Assembly (NCBI GenBank): GCA_913042035.1 | Contig: CAJWIN010000002.1 | Span: 1-53,363, forward strand | Length of the DNA stretch: 53,363 bases | Source of the DNA: an uncultured Gammaproteobacteria bacterium | Lineage (GTDB): Bacteria > Pseudomonadota > Gammaproteobacteria > Poriferisulfidales > GCA-002705445 | Direction of reading: 5' to 3' | Translations under genes and position numbers: made by a program | In this document: piece after piece, positions 8,815 through 19,794 of the stretch | How the letters are laid out: each line of letters starts with the position of its first letter | Position numbering within the stretch: the stretch's first letter is position 1 | The notes under the pieces: generated by a model | Told to the model about the DNA's origin: nothing | What the model saw: the letters and a program-made list of their open reading frames with translations, nothing else | Databases searched by the model: none

Positions 8815-9891
8815 TTAGCTTCTCCTATTTATTGAGAATATTATACCAAAAGCTATAAAAATTGATAATAAAGAACTTCCGCCTAAGCTTATTAGAGGAA
8901 GTGTTACTCCAACTACTGGCAAAAGTCCAATAGCCATAGATATATTTGTAATTATTAATAACATAAATATCATAGTTATACTTCCAGCAAGAATTTTTGA
9001 GAAATAGTTTTTCGCTTTATAAGTTATGTGTAAACAACGTAATACAATTATTGAATATGCTAATAATAAAATCATAACACCAAAAAAACCAAATTCTTCC
9101 GAGAAAACTGCAAATATAAAATCTGTTCCTCTCTCTGGCAGAAACTCTAATTGGGATTGTGTGCCATTTAAAAAACCTTTACCAAAAAAACCTCCTGAAC
9201 CCACAGCAATTTTTGATTGAATGATATGATACCCCGTACCAAGTGGATCTAATGATGGGTCAATTAAAGTCATGATTCTTTGCTTCTGATATGGCAGTAA
9301 AAGAAACTTCCACATTATTGGAACTGCAATAAAAAATGAGCTAAAAATATAAATAATATATTTTTGGCTAATTCCCCCTAAAAAAATTGTTACTACTCCG
9401 CAAAGTAATATTATTAAAGAGGTACCAAGATCGGGTTGCTTAATAACGAATAGAATTGGTAATAATATAATAGAAAAACATACTAAAATTTTTTTAAGAT
9501 TAATTTCTTTTTCATCGGATAAAGATAAATACCAAGCTAGCATCATTGGTACTATAATTTTTACGACTTCGGATACTTGAAAAGAAAATCCCATTATAAC
9601 AATCCATCTTTGAGCTCCTTTTATATCTTTGCCCCATAATAGAGTAAAGACTAAAAACAAAAGACACAATATATATAAATACGGGGACAAACTTTTTAGC
9701 TTATTAATATCAATGTAACTAATAACAAGCATTAAAGAAAAACAAAAAAATAATCTTATACTTTGTCTGAATAACAAATCTATATCTTGATTAGTAGCAC
9801 TATAAAGCAATACTAGACCAAATAAGGATAAAAATGTGATAAATATAAATAATGTATTATCTGTTATTGCAAAAATTTTACTCATAATCAA
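8815..9891 (-). CDS. rodA: SEDS peptidoglycan polymerase RodA
   Basis: 358 aa, polytopic membrane protein of the FtsW/RodA family. Its start overlaps the mrdA stop by 4 nt. Confidence 0.9.
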   Translation of the reverse strand: MIMSKIFAITDNTLFIFITFLSLFGLVLLYSATNQDIDLLFRQSIRLFFCFSLMLVISYIDINKLKSLSPYLYILCLLFLVFTLLWGKDIKGAQRWIVIMGFSFQVSEVVKIIVPMMLAWYLSLSDEKEINLKKILVCFSIILLPILFVIKQPDLGTSLIILLCGVVTIFLGGISQKYIIYIFSSFFIAVPIMWKFLLLPYQKQRIMTLIDPSLDPLGTGYHIIQSKIAVGSGGFFGKGFLNGTQSQLEFLPERGTDFIFAVFSEEFGFFGVMILLLAYSIIVLRCLHITYKAKNYFSKILAGSITMIFMLLIITNISMAIGLLPVVGVTLPLISLGGSSLLSIFIAFGIIFSINRRS

Positions 9892-11732
9892 TATTCTTTT
9901 CTTATTTCATCCAAATAATAATTAATAATTTCGTTACTAATAGGAGCAGCATACTTACTACCGCTTCCAACATTCTCAAGTACAGTTATTATAACAATCT
10001 TCGGATCGTCTTTTGGTGCAAAACCAATATAAAGCGAATGATCTTTTAAATGATCTGGTAAATTTTCTTTTTCTCTTTCGTCGGTCTCCTGCGACAGTGA
10101 ATAAACTTGAACTGTTCCAGTTTTCCCTGAAATATTATTTTTTTTATTTTTTGTTGTCCAAAAAGCAGTTCCATTTTTCTCATTTACTACTTTATACATA
10201 CTTTCATTAATTACTTCCCACCAATCATCATCAATATCATTTTTTAGAAAATTTTCTTTTTCTAATAATTTCTCATCTTTTTCCCTTCCTATATTCTTAT
10301 TTAATTTTGGTATTACTATTAACCCTTTATTTGCAATTATACTGGCTGCATATAATAGTTGAATTGGTGTTGTCAAAAAATAACCTTGCCCAATTCCAGT
10401 TATTACTGTATCACCCTCGGTCCATTTATTTCCTACATTTTTTAATTTCCATTTTGGTGAAGGCAATACTCCTTTTGATTCAAAAGGCATATCAATTCCA
10501 GTTCTTTGCCCAAAAGAAAATTTTCTAAAAAATGAAGATATTTCATTTATGCCAAGATTTTTAGCCAGCATATAAAAATATACATCGCAAGATTGCACTA
10601 TTGCTTTTTCTAAATTTACTACACCGTGTCCTTCCGGCTTCCAATCTCTATATCTTCTAGTGCTACTTGGTAATTTAAAAAAAGGTCCGGCATAAAACTC
10701 TGTTTCTGGCTTGATAATCTTATTTTGAAGTCCATTTAATGCTATTAAAGGTTTTATGGTTGAGCCCGGAGAATACAAACCATTGATAGCCCTATTGAAC
10801 ATAGGACTTTTAAGTTTTTTTATTTCATTATTATAACTATTATAATTCCTCAATCTTTTGTTAGGATCAATTGCAGGAACACTTATCATGCCTAATATTT
10901 CTCCAGTTTTAGGATCCATAGCTATAGATGATCCTGAATAACCCATTAATTTTGAATACATATATTTTTGCAATTTAATGTCAATTGTTAAATGAACATC
11001 ATTACCTGGGATAGAACGTTTTTCGCTTATGTCTCTAATTTGTCTACCTTTAGCATTTATTTCAACAGTCTTATATCCTTTTTGCCCAAAAAGAATATTT
11101 TCATAATACTTTTCTATACCAGTTTTCCCAATATATTTAATGCTTTTATATTTTTTTTTATCTATTGAAGCTAAGTCATTAGTATCGATGTAACCAATGT
11201 TTCCTATTACATGGCTTGTAACTTCTTTATAAGGATATTTTCTTAATAAACTTGCGGTGACGTCTAATCCATCATATTTATATCTAATTGATAAAACTTT
11301 TGCGACTTCAACATCTGTTAAATTTGTTTTTAAAATAAGTGAATTACGATGAGAATAATTTAATTTTTTATTATAAAAACTTTCAATCTCTTGCTTAGAT
11401 AAAGAAATTTCTTTTTGAATACCGGAAATAATTTTTTTTATGTTCTTTGCGTCTTTTATATTTATTTCTATGGAATATAAAGAAGAATTGTCTGCTAGAA
11501 CAGTATTATTTCTATCATAAATTATCCCTCTTCTTGGAGGTGTCTCTATATATTTTATTCTATTAGTTTCTGACAATGTATCAAAATGATCAAAACTTAC
11601 AACTTGCAGGAAATATAAACGAACAATTAAAAGTACTGTTAATATGGAAAAAATAATTATTAAAATATGTAATCGTCTGTGGAGTAGCTTTTCGGAACTT
11701 ACTCTGCTTAGATCTAAAAATGATTTTCTCAA
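9888..11732 (-). CDS. mrdA: Penicillin-binding protein 2 (elongasome transpeptidase)
   Basis: 614 aa. N-terminal TM anchor, SPGSTIKP (SxxK) and GKTGTVQ (KTG) motifs. Lies upstream of rodA. Confidence 0.9.
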   Translation of the reverse strand: MRKSFLDLSRVSSEKLLHRRLHILIIIFSILTVLLIVRLYFLQVVSFDHFDTLSETNRIKYIETPPRRGIIYDRNNTVLADNSSLYSIEINIKDAKNIKKIISGIQKEISLSKQEIESFYNKKLNYSHRNSLILKTNLTDVEVAKVLSIRYKYDGLDVTASLLRKYPYKEVTSHVIGNIGYIDTNDLASIDKKKYKSIKYIGKTGIEKYYENILFGQKGYKTVEINAKGRQIRDISEKRSIPGNDVHLTIDIKLQKYMYSKLMGYSGSSIAMDPKTGEILGMISVPAIDPNKRLRNYNSYNNEIKKLKSPMFNRAINGLYSPGSTIKPLIALNGLQNKIIKPETEFYAGPFFKLPSSTRRYRDWKPEGHGVVNLEKAIVQSCDVYFYMLAKNLGINEISSFFRKFSFGQRTGIDMPFESKGVLPSPKWKLKNVGNKWTEGDTVITGIGQGYFLTTPIQLLYAASIIANKGLIVIPKLNKNIGREKDEKLLEKENFLKNDIDDDWWEVINESMYKVVNEKNGTAFWTTKNKKNNISGKTGTVQVYSLSQETDEREKENLPDHLKDHSLYIGFAPKDDPKIVIITVLENVGSGSKYAAPISNEIINYYLDEIRKEY

Positions 11733-11769
11733 TATATTACCTCTATCAATTATACGAAATTATTAAAAA

Positions 11770-14700
11770 TTAATTTTTTATTTTTTTAATAACCAACTCT
11801 TTTAAATCATCCATAATTAAGTAAAAACATGGTAAAACTATTAATATTAATATTGTAGCAAATAACAGACCAAAACCTAGGCTAACTGCCATAGGGGAAA
11901 GAAACTTTGTTTGTCCAGTAGCAAAAAATATTAGTGGTGAGATACCTAAAAATGTAGTGACCGAAGTCAAAATAATTGGTCTAGCTCTTACATTACATGC
12001 CTCTAGTGTAGCTTTTATTCTATCTTTTCCATCAGATCTCAACTTTTTTAAAAAATCTATCAATATTAAAGAGTCATTAACAACTATACCTATTAATGCT
12101 AGAAGTCCTATTACTGACAAAAATTGTAAATTATAACCAAATAATATATGTCCTAAAATTACACCTACTACAGCAAATGGTATAGAAAAAATTACTACAA
12201 GTGGATCAATAATAGTTTTAAATAATACAGCTAGTATAAAAAATATAATAGCTAAAGATATAAATGCTGTTTTCTTCATATCAGCAAAATTTTCTCTACT
12301 TCTTTTCTTGCTACCAAGATACATATAATCATAATTAGGGTCTTGATTAAAAATTTCTCCATATTTTCTATCAAATATGTCAGTAACTTCAAGTGGGGTT
12401 ATAATGTTAGGATCTACATCAGCACTTATTTTGGCTAGCCTTTGACCGTCTCTTCTTCTAACTGTATTCATTCCACGCGACACCTCTATATCTGCTACTT
12501 CAGCCAAATAGATAGTTTTTCCAGATTCCAAAACTATAGGCAGTTGATAAAGTTTACTACTATCATTTCTATATTTTTCTGAATATATTAATCTTACTGG
12601 TACCCTCTCACCTTCTAAATTAAAGTAAGCTGTTTCTAAACCTAAGAAACCTGTTCTTACAGATTCAGCAATATCTGCTTGACTCAAGCCTAACTCTTTA
12701 CCTCGATTATTTATTTTATATTTGAATTCAACTTTTCCGGGATCTTGATCTTGCTCAACATCTTTTACTCCCTCGATACTAGATAGAAAGCCTTCTATTT
12801 CTTTTGCGTATTTTGTTAGTATTCTTTGGTCCTGTCCAGTTACACCAACAACTATATCTGATCCTCCTGGCCCACCTGAAACCTTCTTAATTGATAATTT
12901 TTGCATCCCGGGTATTGAAGGAAGTTTATCTCTTAAGGAATTAATTATCTCTTGTTCGCTCCTATCTCTTTCACCATAGCTATCAAAAGACATATTAAAT
13001 AGTGGCGTTACTACATAATCCACAAAACCTTGTGGACTTTCTTTCTTTAAGCTAACAACTATTTGTATATACTGACTTCCTAAATCAAATCTACTAAAGT
13101 CCTTAAAACTTACACCAACATTTGTATAAAGGGACTCTAACTCGGAATCTTTTAATTCTGACAAGATAATTTCTTCCATCTTGATAGCTAATCTTTCACT
13201 ATCTTTTACGCTACTCGTGACAGATGCTTCAGCATTTATGAAAAAAGCCCCGCTATCAACTTTACCAAATTGATAGTAAGGTATTCTTGTAACTGCAAAG
13301 GTAATAATGACGCATAAAATTCCTACTGTAATACTAGACACTAAATATCTATTTTTAATGCAAATACTTAGATACTTATCATAAAAAAATAAGACTTTTT
13401 TCCATTTTTCTTTGTTAGCATTAGTTTTTTTTGATTTTCTTAGGAAGCTAGCACAATGCGAAGGTAAGATTATGAATGCTTCCATCAATGAACCTAATAA
13501 AGCAACAGTTACAACTAGTGGAATAACTTCAATAAACTTTCCAAGAGTTCCAGAAATACTAAGCATAGGCAGAAATGCCGCTATTGTAGTAAACGTTGAT
13601 GCAACAATTGGCCAAAAAACTTCTCTTGCGCCAATTTTTGATGCTGCAATTGGCTCCATACCATTCTCTATATGTCTATATGTATTTTCTGTAACAATGA
13701 TTGCATCATCTACCACCATTCCTAAAGCAACTAGGAATGCGAATAATGAAACCATATTTATAGTGAAGCCAAAAATAAACATACCAAATGCTGCAACCAA
13801 AAACGACACAGGGATTCCAAATGCTGTAATAAAAGCAACTCTAGAATTTAGAAAAAAATACAATGAAAGGAGTAATAAAGATAGACCTATAACTCCTGAA
13901 GATTTGACAGTATCAAGTCTAGTTTTTACATTTAATGAAAAATCACTAAAAGCTCTTACTTCTAAACCTGATGGTAAAGAATAATTCTGTACAATTTTTC
14001 TAACATTTTTAGAGACATCAAATACTGAAGCATCTGCAGTTTTAGTTACAGACATGTTAACGGCTTTTTTTCCGTTAAATCTCCCTAAAGAATCTTCTTC
14101 TTCTAACCTTTGCTCAACAGAAGCAACTTCTTTTAATAAAAGTTGTCCGCCAATTTCATTATTTCTTAATGTAATATTTTCTATCGAATTAATTGACGAA
14201 GAGCCTAAACCTCTTAAAAGAATATCACCTTCCGTTGCCTTTACAGATCCGCCAGGAAGATCTCTTATATTATTTTTTAAAGCATAAACAATCTCTTTTG
14301 TAGAAATATTTTTTGCAGAAATTACTGAAGGATCAATTATAACCCAGATTTCGTCATCTCTATTTCCTGCAATACCCACACCAGCAACACCATCGAGCTG
14401 CATTATCTTTTGTTTTATATTTTTTGCGTTGTTAAATAAAAGACTTTGTCTTGTTTCACCATATACACTTACACTGATAACAGGAAATCTAGTTTTTACT
14501 CTTGATATTTCTGGCTCTTCAGCCTCTTCAGGAAATCCATCAATAGCGTCAGCAAGATCTCTTACTGTTCTTAATAATTCATCAACATCTGCTTGTGGTT
14601 TTAACCTAAGAGTAATAGCCGAAACTCCTTCTGAACTCTTAGAGTAATAAAAATCAATATCTTGAAGATTATCTAAAGTATCTTCTAAAGGAATTGTTAC

Positions 14701-14880
14701 TTGTTTTTCTACTTCTTCAGGAGAGGCTCCATCGTATTGTGTAATAATTTTAATAGAGTCTTTTTCTACAACAGGAAACATTTCTTCTGGCATAGACTGC
14801 CAAGATAGTATTCCAATAACAATGACTAAAAATAAAAATAAATTTACAACCAATGGGTTTTTTATTGAATAATCAATCAT
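11770..14880 (-). CDS. RND efflux transporter permease (AcrB/HAE1-like)
   Basis: 1036 aa. Twelve-TM RND architecture with two large periplasmic loops. The N-terminus MIDYSIKNPLVVNLFLFL is typical. Confidence 0.9.
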   Translation of the reverse strand: MIDYSIKNPLVVNLFLFLVIVIGILSWQSMPEEMFPVVEKDSIKIITQYDGASPEEVEKQVTIPLEDTLDNLQDIDFYYSKSSEGVSAITLRLKPQADVDELLRTVRDLADAIDGFPEEAEEPEISRVKTRFPVISVSVYGETRQSLLFNNAKNIKQKIMQLDGVAGVGIAGNRDDEIWVIIDPSVISAKNISTKEIVYALKNNIRDLPGGSVKATEGDILLRGLGSSSINSIENITLRNNEIGGQLLLKEVASVEQRLEEEDSLGRFNGKKAVNMSVTKTADASVFDVSKNVRKIVQNYSLPSGLEVRAFSDFSLNVKTRLDTVKSSGVIGLSLLLLSLYFFLNSRVAFITAFGIPVSFLVAAFGMFIFGFTINMVSLFAFLVALGMVVDDAIIVTENTYRHIENGMEPIAASKIGAREVFWPIVASTFTTIAAFLPMLSISGTLGKFIEVIPLVVTVALLGSLMEAFIILPSHCASFLRKSKKTNANKEKWKKVLFFYDKYLSICIKNRYLVSSITVGILCVIITFAVTRIPYYQFGKVDSGAFFINAEASVTSSVKDSERLAIKMEEIILSELKDSELESLYTNVGVSFKDFSRFDLGSQYIQIVVSLKKESPQGFVDYVVTPLFNMSFDSYGERDRSEQEIINSLRDKLPSIPGMQKLSIKKVSGGPGGSDIVVGVTGQDQRILTKYAKEIEGFLSSIEGVKDVEQDQDPGKVEFKYKINNRGKELGLSQADIAESVRTGFLGLETAYFNLEGERVPVRLIYSEKYRNDSSKLYQLPIVLESGKTIYLAEVADIEVSRGMNTVRRRDGQRLAKISADVDPNIITPLEVTDIFDRKYGEIFNQDPNYDYMYLGSKKRSRENFADMKKTAFISLAIIFFILAVLFKTIIDPLVVIFSIPFAVVGVILGHILFGYNLQFLSVIGLLALIGIVVNDSLILIDFLKKLRSDGKDRIKATLEACNVRARPIILTSVTTFLGISPLIFFATGQTKFLSPMAVSLGFGLLFATILILIVLPCFYLIMDDLKELVIKKIKN

Positions 14881-14890
14881 AGTTTTAAAA

Positions 14891-15985
14891 TTATTTAGAT
14901 ATTAAAATATCTTGGCCTTCGGCTAAAGAAGAAATATCTTTTGTAACAATTAAATCATTTGACTTTACATTACCACCTATAACATAGATTTCGTCAAATC
15001 TTGCTAAAAGTTTTACCTCTCTTTTTTCTAATTTTTTATTATTAACAATAAAAATAAATTTTTTTCCATTATCGCTCAAAACTGACGAAACAGGAACTCC
15101 AAAACTTTTGTTAATTTTTGGTAACACAAATTTTGCACTTGCAAGCATTCCTGATCTTAATTTTTCATCTTTTATTCTTATTCTCAATAAATGAGTATAA
15201 GTTTGTAAACTTGGGCTTGTTTGAAATGATATTAGTTTTCCCTCTGATATAAAATTATTTGAGGTTACTTCTATAATCATATTTAATTTTAATGCATCAA
15301 TTACATCTCCCCTAACCTCTACATATAGATCAAGGCTTGATGCGTCAATTAGATTGGCCACAACTATATTTGGACTAACAGTATCTCCTTCTTCGATATT
15401 TAATTCGTTAATTACTCCAGAAAATTTTGCTTTTATAAATGTTTTCTGATAATCCTGTTGGCTTCTATACATTGATGATTCTAATTCTATTTGTTTTTGT
15501 ATTGTTTTGTCATATTGTGACTTGGATAGTAAAGATTTTTTGTCTAAAATTGCCATTCTTTCAACTTCTTTTGTTTGTAACTCATAATTTTTTTTAGCTA
15601 ATTCATATAATTTTTTATATATATAATATTCTTCTAAAATAAGAATTGTTTGCCCTGATTTTACTAATTCTCCAGGCTGAATAAGCTTTTTGGCTAGCCT
15701 GCCATTAATTTCAAATTTTAATTCTGCTTTTTTAGATGGCTCTAGTCTCCCAGTATAATTAACGACAGGGGCTATATCTTCAATTTTTAGCTTCATTACA
15801 TCTACGACTACTGGTATTGGCCTATTTACGTTAGCTTCTGGTTCCGGTTGAAAAATAACTAAAAAAATAGAAATAGAAATAAATACCCCTAGCGCCAACA
15901 TACTTAGTTGTGCTTGATTCCTAAAGTATTTATAACTCTTAAATTTGGCCAAAATATCCTCTTTTAGGTTAATATATTCAGTCAT
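14891..15985 (-). CDS. RND efflux periplasmic adaptor (membrane fusion protein)
   Basis: 364 aa. N-terminal TM, coiled-coil hairpin and lipoyl/beta-barrel segments (ELKFEINGRL...VKSGQTILILE). Lies immediately upstream of the RND permease. Confidence 0.8.
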   Translation of the reverse strand: MTEYINLKEDILAKFKSYKYFRNQAQLSMLALGVFISISIFLVIFQPEPEANVNRPIPVVVDVMKLKIEDIAPVVNYTGRLEPSKKAELKFEINGRLAKKLIQPGELVKSGQTILILEEYYIYKKLYELAKKNYELQTKEVERMAILDKKSLLSKSQYDKTIQKQIELESSMYRSQQDYQKTFIKAKFSGVINELNIEEGDTVSPNIVVANLIDASSLDLYVEVRGDVIDALKLNMIIEVTSNNFISEGKLISFQTSPSLQTYTHLLRIRIKDEKLRSGMLASAKFVLPKINKSFGVPVSSVLSDNGKKFIFIVNNKKLEKREVKLLARFDEIYVIGGNVKSNDLIVTKDISSLAEGQDILISK

Positions 15986-16018
15986 TATCTCAAATTTTTA
16001 CTATATAATATATGTTAT

Positions 16019-18448
16019 ATGAAAAATTCGATTAAGATTATATTTTGTGTTTTTGTGCTACTAAATAGTAGTTCTTATGCCGAAAACACTGATAAACTTG
16101 AAGAGAGAGATTTCTTCTGTTGCTCTATATATGACCTATACAAAACCGATTCTACAAAAAATAATAATAAAACTATCAAAAAAGATATTTTCTCTACTAA
16201 GAGTAAAATTGAAGATAAGAGTAAAATTGAAGATATAAAAATTAGTAAAACTAGTGCAAATGAAATAGATATAATAAATAGTACAGTTAAACCTTTTGAT
16301 GAAGAAAACAATATAGTAAACGATCAACAAAAAACAGAAAATAATATTTTTTCTAAAAAATCTCAAGACCATATTGAAGTTGAAGCTGATGAATCTTATT
16401 GGCACGAAAAAAAACAGCTAACAATACTTCAAGGTGATACAAAAATTATCAGAGGAAATGAAACCATAAAAAGTGAGTTAACTAATTACTTACAAAATGA
16501 AAATAGGGCTAGATTAAGCGGTAATGTTCAATACAATGCTGATGGAATAGAAGTAAATGCACCTTATGCAGAGTACGATACAAAAGAAGCAAGAACAGAT
16601 TTTATTTCGCCAAAATATAAGTATTCATCTTTAAATATAACAGGAAAAGCTCGGTATGGTGTTAGGTTAAAAAATAAGAAAATGTTCTTAAAAAACTCTA
16701 GTTACACAACATGTGATCTTATTAATCCTGATTGGAATTTAATTAGTAAAACTACCGAATTAGATTTTGAAAAAGGTGTTGGAACCGGCAAAAATGTTTT
16801 TGTCACAGTGCGAGGGGTTCCAGTTTTTTTCACTCCCTACATGAGATTTTCTCTTGATGAACAAAGAAAAACAGGTTTTCTCGTTCCAGAATGGTCAGGT
16901 AGCTGGACAAAAGGCCCTGATGTATTCACACCTTTTTATTGGAATATAGCTCCAAATATGGATATGTTGATTGAGCCGTCATATATTCAAGATAGAGGAA
17001 GTCAAATAGAAACTACTTTCAGATATTTAGAAAATAAATTTGATGGTGCAGTTCATATTTCATATTTAGGTGACGATTCTGAATATGTGGATGATAGATA
17101 TAGAGTTTTAATTGATCATAAACACCAAGTAAATCAAAACTTATTTATAGGCGCACACTATGAAAAGATATCTGATAAAGATTACTATGATGATTTTGGG
17201 GCAGGAATTGCTGGCGTAAGCACAACTTATGGCACTAGATATTTTGAAACAATATATAAATATAATGATTGGAATGTAGAAGGAATTTTCTTAGGGTATC
17301 AAACATTCGATAAATCAATATCAGCAGAATCAGAACCTTATGATATTTTACCTAAATTAAAAATTACTAAAAGATGGGATAGAGATATTGCCAATTTTGA
17401 TATTAGAACATCCATAGCGAAATGGGATCATGATTATAAAACAAAAGTTGATGGCACTAGAGCAGATATTCAATTTGGTATTGACAGAACTTTTTTAATG
17501 AAAGGTATAGAAATAATGCCTAGATTAAAGTTACAACATACACATTATAATTTAGATAATCAAACTGCAGGCTTATCATCAAGTCCGAGTAAAACTATAC
17601 CAATATTTAGTTTAAATAGTGAGATGGTCTTTTCAAAAAAGATTCAGGGTACTGATCTAGCGCACCAAATTAAACCTAGATTATTTTATTTATATGCACA
17701 AAAACAAAATCAAGATGACATTCCAATATTTGATACAGGATTAAATACGTTTTCCTATGCTCAAATGTTTAGAGATAATAGGTTTTCTGGTGTTGATAGA
17801 ACAAGTGATGCAAATCAATTATCAATTTCGCTTTCATCAAATTTTTATGATTTAGAAAATTTTAGGAATATTTTTAATATTAGTATTGGAAAAATAGTTT
17901 ATTTTGAAGATAGGGATATATCTATCGATAACAACACAACCTACACTAAAGCTAATTCAAATTTAATTGCCGAAATGGAGTTTAAACCAACTGATAATAT
18001 AAGTCTCATTTCTACTTTTTTATACGACACAAATGCTGATGACCAGAAAACACAAATTAATAATCATACATTCCAATTCAGGGGAGAGAAAAATAACATA
18101 ATTAATGCAAGCTACAGGTATTCAAAAAATGACATAGCTCAAGGAGACATGAGTTTTGCTTGGTCAATAATGGATAATTTAAAAGTACTTGGACGATGGA
18201 ATTATGATTTTAAAAACAATTTAAGTAATAATACTTCAGGAAACGATATAGAGACCTTAGCTGGCTTAGAGTATGAAAGCTGTTGTTGGAAAGCTAGATT
18301 GATTCAAAGAAGATATAAAATCAGTGCTGAAGAGTATGAAAAAGAAATACAATTTCAAATAATGTTAAAAGGCTTTACAGATGTTGGAACTCCTTTGGGT
18401 GACACTATTGCCTCAAGCATTAAAGGGTATGTCGACAAAGAATATTAA
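16019..18448 (+). CDS. lptD: LPS-assembly outer-membrane protein LptD
   Basis: 809 aa. Signal peptide, OstA-like N-domain (LTILQGDTKIIRGNE...RLSGNVQY), a large beta-barrel and a C-terminal CC pair (YESCCWK). Followed by surA, as in E. coli. Confidence 0.9.
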   Translation: MKNSIKIIFCVFVLLNSSSYAENTDKLEERDFFCCSIYDLYKTDSTKNNNKTIKKDIFSTKSKIEDKSKIEDIKISKTSANEIDIINSTVKPFDEENNIVNDQQKTENNIFSKKSQDHIEVEADESYWHEKKQLTILQGDTKIIRGNETIKSELTNYLQNENRARLSGNVQYNADGIEVNAPYAEYDTKEARTDFISPKYKYSSLNITGKARYGVRLKNKKMFLKNSSYTTCDLINPDWNLISKTTELDFEKGVGTGKNVFVTVRGVPVFFTPYMRFSLDEQRKTGFLVPEWSGSWTKGPDVFTPFYWNIAPNMDMLIEPSYIQDRGSQIETTFRYLENKFDGAVHISYLGDDSEYVDDRYRVLIDHKHQVNQNLFIGAHYEKISDKDYYDDFGAGIAGVSTTYGTRYFETIYKYNDWNVEGIFLGYQTFDKSISAESEPYDILPKLKITKRWDRDIANFDIRTSIAKWDHDYKTKVDGTRADIQFGIDRTFLMKGIEIMPRLKLQHTHYNLDNQTAGLSSSPSKTIPIFSLNSEMVFSKKIQGTDLAHQIKPRLFYLYAQKQNQDDIPIFDTGLNTFSYAQMFRDNRFSGVDRTSDANQLSISLSSNFYDLENFRNIFNISIGKIVYFEDRDISIDNNTTYTKANSNLIAEMEFKPTDNISLISTFLYDTNADDQKTQINNHTFQFRGEKNNIINASYRYSKNDIAQGDMSFAWSIMDNLKVLGRWNYDFKNNLSNNTSGNDIETLAGLEYESCCWKARLIQRRYKISAEEYEKEIQFQIMLKGFTDVGTPLGDTIASSIKGYVDKEY
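16199..16234 (+). repeat. Perfect 2 x 18-nt tandem duplication inside lptD (encodes KSKIED KSKIED)
   Basis: aagagtaaaattgaagat occurs at 16199-16216 and again at 16217-16234. Confidence 0.85.
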
Positions 18449-18450
18449 AT

Positions 18451-19794
18451 ATGAAATTTCCTACATTTATAATAATAACGTTATTATTTTTTTCTAATTC
18501 ATTTGCAAAAATGTTAGACCAAGTAATTGTAATAATTGAGGATGACGTTATTACTCAGTCTGAATTTCAAGATAAGCTAAAGTTTATTATCAATCAATAT
18601 AGAATTAGCGGTAACCCTCTCCCAAATGATAGAAGTTCTTTTAGGCAGCAAATCTTAGATGGCATGATAAATATTAGACTACAGGTTAATTACGCAAAGC
18701 AATTTGGTTTAAATATAGAGGAATGGATGATTGATAAAGCTATGGAGAATATGGCTAAAAGATCAGGTGTTTCGCTCACGGAATTTAGAGAAAAGATTAT
18801 AAGTGAAGGCGTTGATTACAATATGTATAGAAATTTATTGAAAGAAGATCTTATTATTAGAGAAGTAAAAAGAAGAGTTGTTTCCCAACAAGTCAAGGTA
18901 AGTAAAAAAGAAATACAAGAATTTATTAAACACCAATCACATGTTTTCAAGGAAAATAATCAATATAAAATCTCAATGATTCTTGCTTCTATTTCTGAAA
19001 ATCCATCAATTCAAGAAAAAACAGATGCAAAAAATAAAATCAAAATGGTAAGAGATAAATTTTCTAATGGTGAAAAATTCTCTGATTTAGCTAGAAATTA
19101 TTCTGATAGTGGAAATGCACTTTCAGGTGGTGACCTTGGATGGAGAAGAATTACTGAAGTACCACAAATGTTCTTAGAAGAATTAGAAAATGTAAATTCT
19201 GGAAAAATAAGTAATATGATTGAAAATAATAATGGATATTATATTTTTTATCTAGAAGATAAAAAAGTAGTGGAAAATATAAAAATAGAGGAAAGAAAAG
19301 TAAGGCATATATTAATCAAAACTAATGCCATTGTTTCCGATGAAATGGCTGAAAACTTATTAGTAGAGCTAAAAAATAGAATAGAGAATGGTGAGCCTTT
19401 TTCTGATATTGCCAGGGCTCATTCAGAAGATACAATTTCTGCATCGTCTGGTGGGGACTTAGATTGGGCTGCATCAGGATCATATGTTCCAGAGTTTGAA
19501 GATAAAATAGATACTTTAGAGTTAAACAAAGTTAGTGAACCATTTTTGACTCAATTTGGTTGGCATATTTTAGAAGTTTTAGATAAACGAAACCAAGATA
19601 ATACCGAAACTGTAAAAATGAATCTTGCAAAAAGATACATTACTTCTAGTAGAGCAGATGAAGTTGTTGATGCCTGGCTAATAAAGCTAAAAGAAAAAAA
19701 TTATATTAAATATGTAACAGAAAACACTCAGAAAAAATCTATAAATAAAAAAAATAATAAAAAAATAAAAAAATCTTGGGACCCATTTTCCTAA
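18451..19794 (+). CDS. surA: Periplasmic chaperone/PPIase SurA
   Basis: 447 aa. Signal peptide and two parvulin domains (SGGDLGW and SGGDLDW). lptD-surA-pdxA synteny. Confidence 0.9.
   Translation: MKFPTFIIITLLFFSNSFAKMLDQVIVIIEDDVITQSEFQDKLKFIINQYRISGNPLPNDRSSFRQQILDGMINIRLQVNYAKQFGLNIEEWMIDKAMENMAKRSGVSLTEFREKIISEGVDYNMYRNLLKEDLIIREVKRRVVSQQVKVSKKEIQEFIKHQSHVFKENNQYKISMILASISENPSIQEKTDAKNKIKMVRDKFSNGEKFSDLARNYSDSGNALSGGDLGWRRITEVPQMFLEELENVNSGKISNMIENNNGYYIFYLEDKKVVENIKIEERKVRHILIKTNAIVSDEMAENLLVELKNRIENGEPFSDIARAHSEDTISASSGGDLDWAASGSYVPEFEDKIDTLELNKVSEPFLTQFGWHILEVLDKRNQDNTETVKMNLAKRYITSSRADEVVDAWLIKLKEKNYIKYVTENTQKKSINKKNNKKIKKSWDPFS

Noticed and set aside
13412-13984. 190-aa + strand ORF
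   Set aside because: It is antisense within the RND permease gene. The permease reading frame is continuous and motif-rich, so this is a shadow ORF.
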